A stretch of 30,613 bases of DNA from Gemmataceae bacterium (lineage in GTDB: Bacteria > Planctomycetota > Planctomycetia > Gemmatales > Gemmataceae). Of this stretch, positions 26,327 through 30,613 are shown piece after piece. Below the pieces are notes generated by a model. The model worked only from the letters and a program-made list of their open reading frames with translations, was not told the DNA's origin and searched no databases. Location of the stretch: the NCBI GenBank assembly GCA_017853285.1, contig JAFMJU010000001.1:1-30613 (forward strand), written 5' to 3'. The position numbers and the translations under genes were made by a program. Position 1 is the stretch's first letter. Every line of letters begins with the position of its first letter.

Positions 26327-26592
26327 TGCTCAAGGGCAAGAAATCCCTGCTTGCGTTTTGCGTCCTGCTGGCGGGTTCGGTGGGCGACGCTTTTGCCTGC
26401 CCCGCCTGCGCCGGCAACCTGCCGCCTGATGAGGACGGCTCCAGCCGGACCGCCAGCCAGTGGGCTTACAACCTCAGTATCGGCATGCTGCTGGGCACAC
26501 CGGTCTGCCTGGTGGGCGGCATCGGCCTTTTGGCCAGAAAACAGATCCGCCATTTGGAATCTGGTCGCGATCAGCCCCGGCCTACCTTGTGA
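26326..26592 (+). CDS. 88-aa exported membrane-anchored CxxC protein, last gene of the oxidase operon
   Basis: TGATG coupling to the SCO-DUF420 stop; signal peptide ending AFA followed by CPAC; one TM; basic C-terminal tail. It is the tail of track ORF 25870..26592. Confidence 0.75.
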   Translation: MLKGKKSLLAFCVLLAGSVGDAFACPACAGNLPPDEDGSSRTASQWAYNLSIGMLLGTPVCLVGGIGLLARKQIRHLESGRDQPRPTL

Positions 26593-27307
26593 AACGCAGC
26601 ATGGCCGCCAGGCCATCGGCAACAGTCAGGCGAGTCTCCACCGACTGGAATCCCGCCTCGCGCGCCATCTCCCCGTAAGCTTCGACGGTTTCCGGAAAAT
26701 CACTGGTGGTGATGTGCTGATCCACCCCGGCCCATTCCTCGGAAGTGAGCGTCTCCGCTCCCAGCCGGTGGATCAGTTGCAACTCAAGGCGAAGCCAGTC
26801 CTCCCTGCTTGCCCCGCCGGGGATCACCTCGTCCAAAAGCCACAGTGCCCCGCCGGGTTTCACCCAATTGGCCACCCCCTTGAAAAACCGCGCCTTGTCC
26901 GCGGTTGGAAAATGATGCAGGCAATAGGCCATGGTCACCGCGTCAAATTTCCGCTTGGGGGCCACCTCCACAAACTCCAGCGCGTTCCCCTGTTTCACCT
27001 CGGCGGGAATCCCGCGAAACCTCAAATTGTCGCGGGCCGCCAACAGCACAGGCCCCCCGGCCAAATCGACAGCCACGCAGCGCGATACCCGCATCCCGGC
27101 CAACGCCTTGGCCAGGCAACCGGCATCCCCACACCCCAGGTCGAGCAGGCTGAAATTGGGAGTCACCTTCAAAAGGTCTTCCCGCAGCGCCTCGAACAAT
27201 TCCTTGTGAAACAGCAGGTTGGCCCGCACCAAACGGTCATACACACCCCATTGGCTGGCGAAAAATTGGCCCACTTGCCCCGGTTCCCCCGGCTTTTGCT
27301 CGGACAT
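26582..27307 (-). CDS. class I SAM-dependent methyltransferase
   Basis: 'LLDLGCGDAG', 'VAVDL', 'GNAL', 'FDAVTMAYCLHHF', 'KPGGALWLLD'; ATG at 27307. Confidence 0.9.
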   Translation of the reverse strand: MSEQKPGEPGQVGQFFASQWGVYDRLVRANLLFHKELFEALREDLLKVTPNFSLLDLGCGDAGCLAKALAGMRVSRCVAVDLAGGPVLLAARDNLRFRGIPAEVKQGNALEFVEVAPKRKFDAVTMAYCLHHFPTADKARFFKGVANWVKPGGALWLLDEVIPGGASREDWLRLELQLIHRLGAETLTSEEWAGVDQHITTSDFPETVEAYGEMAREAGFQSVETRLTVADGLAAMLRFTR

Positions 27308-27323
27308 CGTCACGCGTGCTCCC

Positions 27324-28424
27324 TCAAGGCAATGCTGGCAGCCCATTCAGTTCAAAAGACAACTTCTCCTCGCGCAGGCCGGTCAGCGTCCGGTAACGGA
27401 TCACCCGCGGGCGGTTTTCAGTGCCCGCCGGCAACACCACATGGTAGGTGACTTCGGCACGCGACTCATCCTGCGTTTCGAGGACCTGCCCCGTGGGCCG
27501 AACCACCTCGCCGAGCCGGTCCTCCAGCCACAGCCGATTGAGGACCACCCAACTCTGGTAAGACTCCAAATCAGGCCCGCCGGCGTCCCGCGCCACCCGC
27601 ACCCGCAGGGAGATCCGTCGCCCGTTCCGGGTCACCTGCACCAGCGAGCAGGAAAACGCGCCCTTTTTCGCCTCCTGGGTCGGCCCCAGCTTGGCAGGGT
27701 CCGCCACCTCCGGCCACGCACCCAAACCGATTTCCCGGATCCCCGCGGCCACCACAGCCTTGCCTTTCAACCTCAGCGTCCAGCCAGCCGGCAAATCAGG
27801 GTGCCCATCCAAAGGCACCACGGTTTCCGTCACCGCCTGCGGTTCCCGGATGGCTCCTGGTTTTTTTTCACAAACCACGGGCCGTTTTCCCGCCTGAACC
27901 TCAACCTCTTCCCACACCGTCGGCACAAGGAGCGGTTCCATGCCCGGTTCCCACCCCAATTCCAACCGAATGTGGCGGGTTGCCGCCTCCTTGGGCCGCA
28001 CAAAATCAACCATTCTGTCCCCGCCCCTGGCAACGAGGCGAAACGGCCCGCTATGCGCCGCGACCCAAACCCCGCCCGCGGGCAATCGATCCAGGCGAAT
28101 GACTTTTGAAGCCGGATCAATCACCACCGACCGGCCCATGCGGCTCGCCAGCAAGTCAGCCCAGCGGAAGGGGGTATTTTCCCCCCGGCTGCCCGTCAGG
28201 CTGGGTCCCGGCACTTCCGCTGGCGGGTCCGGGCAATCCCAGGCCCATCCTGTGCATTGGCCCAGAGCCGGCCCCACTTTGGACCATGAGCCCGGAAGGA
28301 GGATTTCAGTTCCCGGCGCCGGCTGGGAAAAAGTGACCCAAAGGCTTAAAATCAAAACCATGGCCTGAGCCCTTGGAACGGTGCCCCGGACAGGGCTCCC
28401 TTTGAATCCGCTCGGTGTTTCCAT
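27324..28424 (-). CDS. exported hypothetical protein
   Basis: Long ORF with a signal-like segment 'MVLILSLWVTFSQPAPG' and beta-rich body. Start is 28424 (GAAGGT SD) or 28361; the longer track start overlaps the divergent gene. Confidence 0.65.
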   Translation of the reverse strand: METPSGFKGSPVRGTVPRAQAMVLILSLWVTFSQPAPGTEILLPGSWSKVGPALGQCTGWAWDCPDPPAEVPGPSLTGSRGENTPFRWADLLASRMGRSVVIDPASKVIRLDRLPAGGVWVAAHSGPFRLVARGGDRMVDFVRPKEAATRHIRLELGWEPGMEPLLVPTVWEEVEVQAGKRPVVCEKKPGAIREPQAVTETVVPLDGHPDLPAGWTLRLKGKAVVAAGIREIGLGAWPEVADPAKLGPTQEAKKGAFSCSLVQVTRNGRRISLRVRVARDAGGPDLESYQSWVVLNRLWLEDRLGEVVRPTGQVLETQDESRAEVTYHVVLPAGTENRPRVIRYRTLTGLREEKLSFELNGLPALP

Positions 28425-28492
28425 GCGACCTTCATGGTATCGCCCCGTGGTGGCATCGCCTTGGCTGTATTCACCCTGAAAGGAAATTTTCC

Positions 28493-29794
28493 GTGGACCT
28501 GCCCCCCTTCGGTTTGCTGCGCCAAGTCCAGAATCAGCCCGAGGTCGCGGATATCGCTTCAACGGTCCGGCAGGCCTGGGAAAATTCGGCCCTGGCCCGG
28601 CGCCTGAAACCGGGCCAGTCTGTCGCCATCGGGGCCGGCAGCCGTGGCATTGTCGGCATCGACATCATGGCCAGGGAAACCATCGCCTTCTTTCAGTCCA
28701 GGGGCTGCAAACCCTTCATCGTTTCAGCCATGGGCAGCCACGGTGGCGCCAACAGCAAGGGCCAACGCGAACTGCTGGGGGAATACGGCATTTCCGAGGA
28801 AAAACTCGGCGTGCCGGTGAAAACCGACATGACCAGCACGGTGATTGGTCGCACCTCCCTGGACGAGCCGGTCCACTGGGATGCCAACGCCTTGGCGGCC
28901 GATGTGGTGGTGACCCTTTCCCGCATCAAGCCCCACACGGATTTCCGCGGAAAATTCGAGAGCGGCATCTTGAAGATGCTAGTGATCGGGCTCGGCAAAA
29001 GGGAAGGCGCCTCCCAGCATCACCAATGGGGTTACCTGGGCCTGCGCGACCGCATGCCGCAGGCTGCCCGGGTGATCCTGGAAAAAACCAATTTCCAGGC
29101 CGGCTTGGCCATCCTCGAAAACGCCCGGGAGAAAACCGCCCGGCTGGAGGTGGTCGACAAGGCTGACCTCATGGACCGTGAACCGGTGCTTCTGGAAGAG
29201 GCGCGCGGCTTGATGGGGCGCCTTCCCTTCCGTCAGCTCGACCTCCTGGTGATCGGTGAAATCGGCAAAAACTACAGCGGTGCCGGCATCGACCCCAATG
29301 TGGTCGGCAGGCTGCTGGTGGAAACCATGGTGGAGGATCCCGACCCATCCATCACACGTATTTGCGCACTCGACCTCTCCCCCGAAAGCCACGGCAACGG
29401 CACCGGTGTCGGCATCGCCGACTTAACCACCCAGCGCCTGCTGGATTCCATAGACCCCGTCCCCTTCCGGATGAACAACCTGACCGCCTGCTTCTTGTGG
29501 CGGTCCAAACTGCCCCTGGCCTTCCGCAATGACCGCGAATGCCTTCAAGCCGGTTTGGACACCTGCTGGCAACCCGTTTTCGACAACCTTCGGATGGCGA
29601 TCATCCCCAACACGCTCGAACTGGAAACCATCTGGGCTTCGCCTACCTTGCTCCAGGAGGCCAAAAGCAGGCCAGATCTGGCGCTGGAAAAGCCGTCCTT
29701 GCCTCTCGCATTTGATGCCCACGGAAACCTGAACATCCCTGCCCTCTTCCCGCACAGCGTTCCAGGCAAACGGGGAGCTGGCGCCAAGCATTAA
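28493..29794 (+). CDS. LarA/DUF2088 (lactate racemase-like, nickel-pincer family) protein
   Basis: GTG start with GAAAGGA SD; 'GAGSRGI', 'AMGSHGG', 'RIKPHTDF', 'SGILKMLVIGLGK', 'HGNGTGVGIAD'. Confidence 0.8.
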   Translation: MDLPPFGLLRQVQNQPEVADIASTVRQAWENSALARRLKPGQSVAIGAGSRGIVGIDIMARETIAFFQSRGCKPFIVSAMGSHGGANSKGQRELLGEYGISEEKLGVPVKTDMTSTVIGRTSLDEPVHWDANALAADVVVTLSRIKPHTDFRGKFESGILKMLVIGLGKREGASQHHQWGYLGLRDRMPQAARVILEKTNFQAGLAILENAREKTARLEVVDKADLMDREPVLLEEARGLMGRLPFRQLDLLVIGEIGKNYSGAGIDPNVVGRLLVETMVEDPDPSITRICALDLSPESHGNGTGVGIADLTTQRLLDSIDPVPFRMNNLTACFLWRSKLPLAFRNDRECLQAGLDTCWQPVFDNLRMAIIPNTLELETIWASPTLLQEAKSRPDLALEKPSLPLAFDAHGNLNIPALFPHSVPGKRGAGAKH

Positions 29795-30024
29795 ATTTGG
29801 GAAATATAGGCAATCTGAAAAAGATTCTAGGTTGTGACCCGAAAAGATCCTTCCATTTGGTCAGGTTAGGCGGGCCAAGGATGGCCAATTTCCTTCAAAA
29901 AATCGAAGAAACCCTTAAGTTTCCTTGACCCCGGCCCCCCTCAAGGGAATAAGCCTTCGGGCGCCAAGTGCGCCCAAATTCCACGGCTGTTCCAGCCGTT
30001 GGCTTGGACCCCGGGGCTATTGGC

Positions 30025-30613
30025 GTGCAGTGGCGTTGCCGAAGATGGGTGTTGTGCCTGCCCCTGTTGCAACTCGCAACGGGCTGCCAACTTCCGTCCA
30101 AGGGCACAGGCCTTGCAGCCTTGGGCAAACCCACGGCTCCCGGCCAAACAACCTCGGCTTCCGGCCATCAGAATGTTCCAGGTGCCCCGGCACCCCCCGC
30201 TTGGCCCCGCGGGGCAGGCGCCCCCGGCACCCCGGTCAACACCCCGAACGGTACTCCCGATCTGGTTAACGGCAGCGCCTCCCTCACCGCCTCCAACCCT
30301 GCTGCCGGCCTCCTGGCCGGGCAGGTGCTGGATCGCCTGAACCGCAGGCCGTCCGGAGCTTCCATTCAGGTGCTCGACCTGAAAGACACCGCCAACAGCC
30401 CAACCGCCAAAATCGAGGTGGCGGCGGATGACCGCGGGTTTTTCACCATCCAGGGCCTGAAGCCAGGCCGCCCCTACCAGTTGATCGCCCGCTCCAAGGA
30501 TGGCACTCGGGTTTATAGTGGCGCGGTGGTCGCCCAGCCTCCCAATCCCCGCTTGACCATTTTCCTGTCCGAAGACGCGCCACCGGGTGAGGTTCCCCCG
30601 GTCCCGGCGCCGG
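30025..30613 (+). CDS. lipoprotein with Pro-rich linker and carboxypeptidase-regulatory-like (prealbumin-like) domain; truncated by the window end
   Basis: Manual translation from GTG 30025: MQWRCRRWVLCLPLLQLATG-C…GLLAGQVLD…ADDRGFFTIQGLKPGRPYQLIAR…; no stop to 30613; absent from the ORF track. Confidence 0.75.
   Translation, partial: MQWRCRRWVLCLPLLQLATGCQLPSKGTGLAALGKPTAPGQTTSASGHQNVPGAPAPPAWPRGAGAPGTPVNTPNGTPDLVNGSASLTASNPAAGLLAGQVLDRLNRRPSGASIQVLDLKDTANSPTAKIEVAADDRGFFTIQGLKPGRPYQLIARSKDGTRVYSGAVVAQPPNPRLTIFLSEDAPPGEVPPVPAP

Noticed and set aside
29873-29895. GGCCAAGGA…TTTCCTT resembling the fabF palindrome
   Set aside because: Only a partial match with different spacing; GGCCAAGG is common in this sequence.
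1-30613. CRISPR array, transposase/integrase, rRNA
   Set aside because: No regularly spaced direct repeats, recombinase motifs or rRNA-like stretches; nearly all sequence is explained by protein-coding genes.

Overview
GC-rich bacterial DNA, probably Planctomycetota (Gemmataceae-like; inferred from protein families and style, not from a marker gene). Left half: an ABC-2 permease; a minus-strand run of D-threonine-aldolase-like enzyme, pyrH, frr, PMCA-like Ca2+ P-type ATPase, thioredoxin-like [2Fe-2S] ferredoxin and a membrane protein; a secreted alpha/beta hydrolase; an orphan HicA-like small protein behind a 38-bp inverted repeat; an NCS2-like permease; fabF; surE; and a small protein plus carbon-nitrogen hydrolase. 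The core is a ~9.1 kb, translationally coupled aa3-type (A2-family) cytochrome c oxidase operon (17460-26592). It is preceded by a consensus sigma-54 promoter and encodes a dihaem cytochrome c, CoxII, CoxI, a heme A synthase interrupted by one in-frame TAA, heme O synthase, CoxIII, a CoxIV-like subunit, a SCO-DUF420(CtaM) fusion and an 88-aa exported CxxC membrane protein that the ORF track hides. Right end: a SAM methyltransferase, an exported hypothetical, a LarA/DUF2088-like protein and a lipoprotein gene running off the window. No rRNA, tRNA, CRISPR array or transposase was recognised. Several start codons were moved from the ORF track; all family calls come from motif recognition, not database searches.
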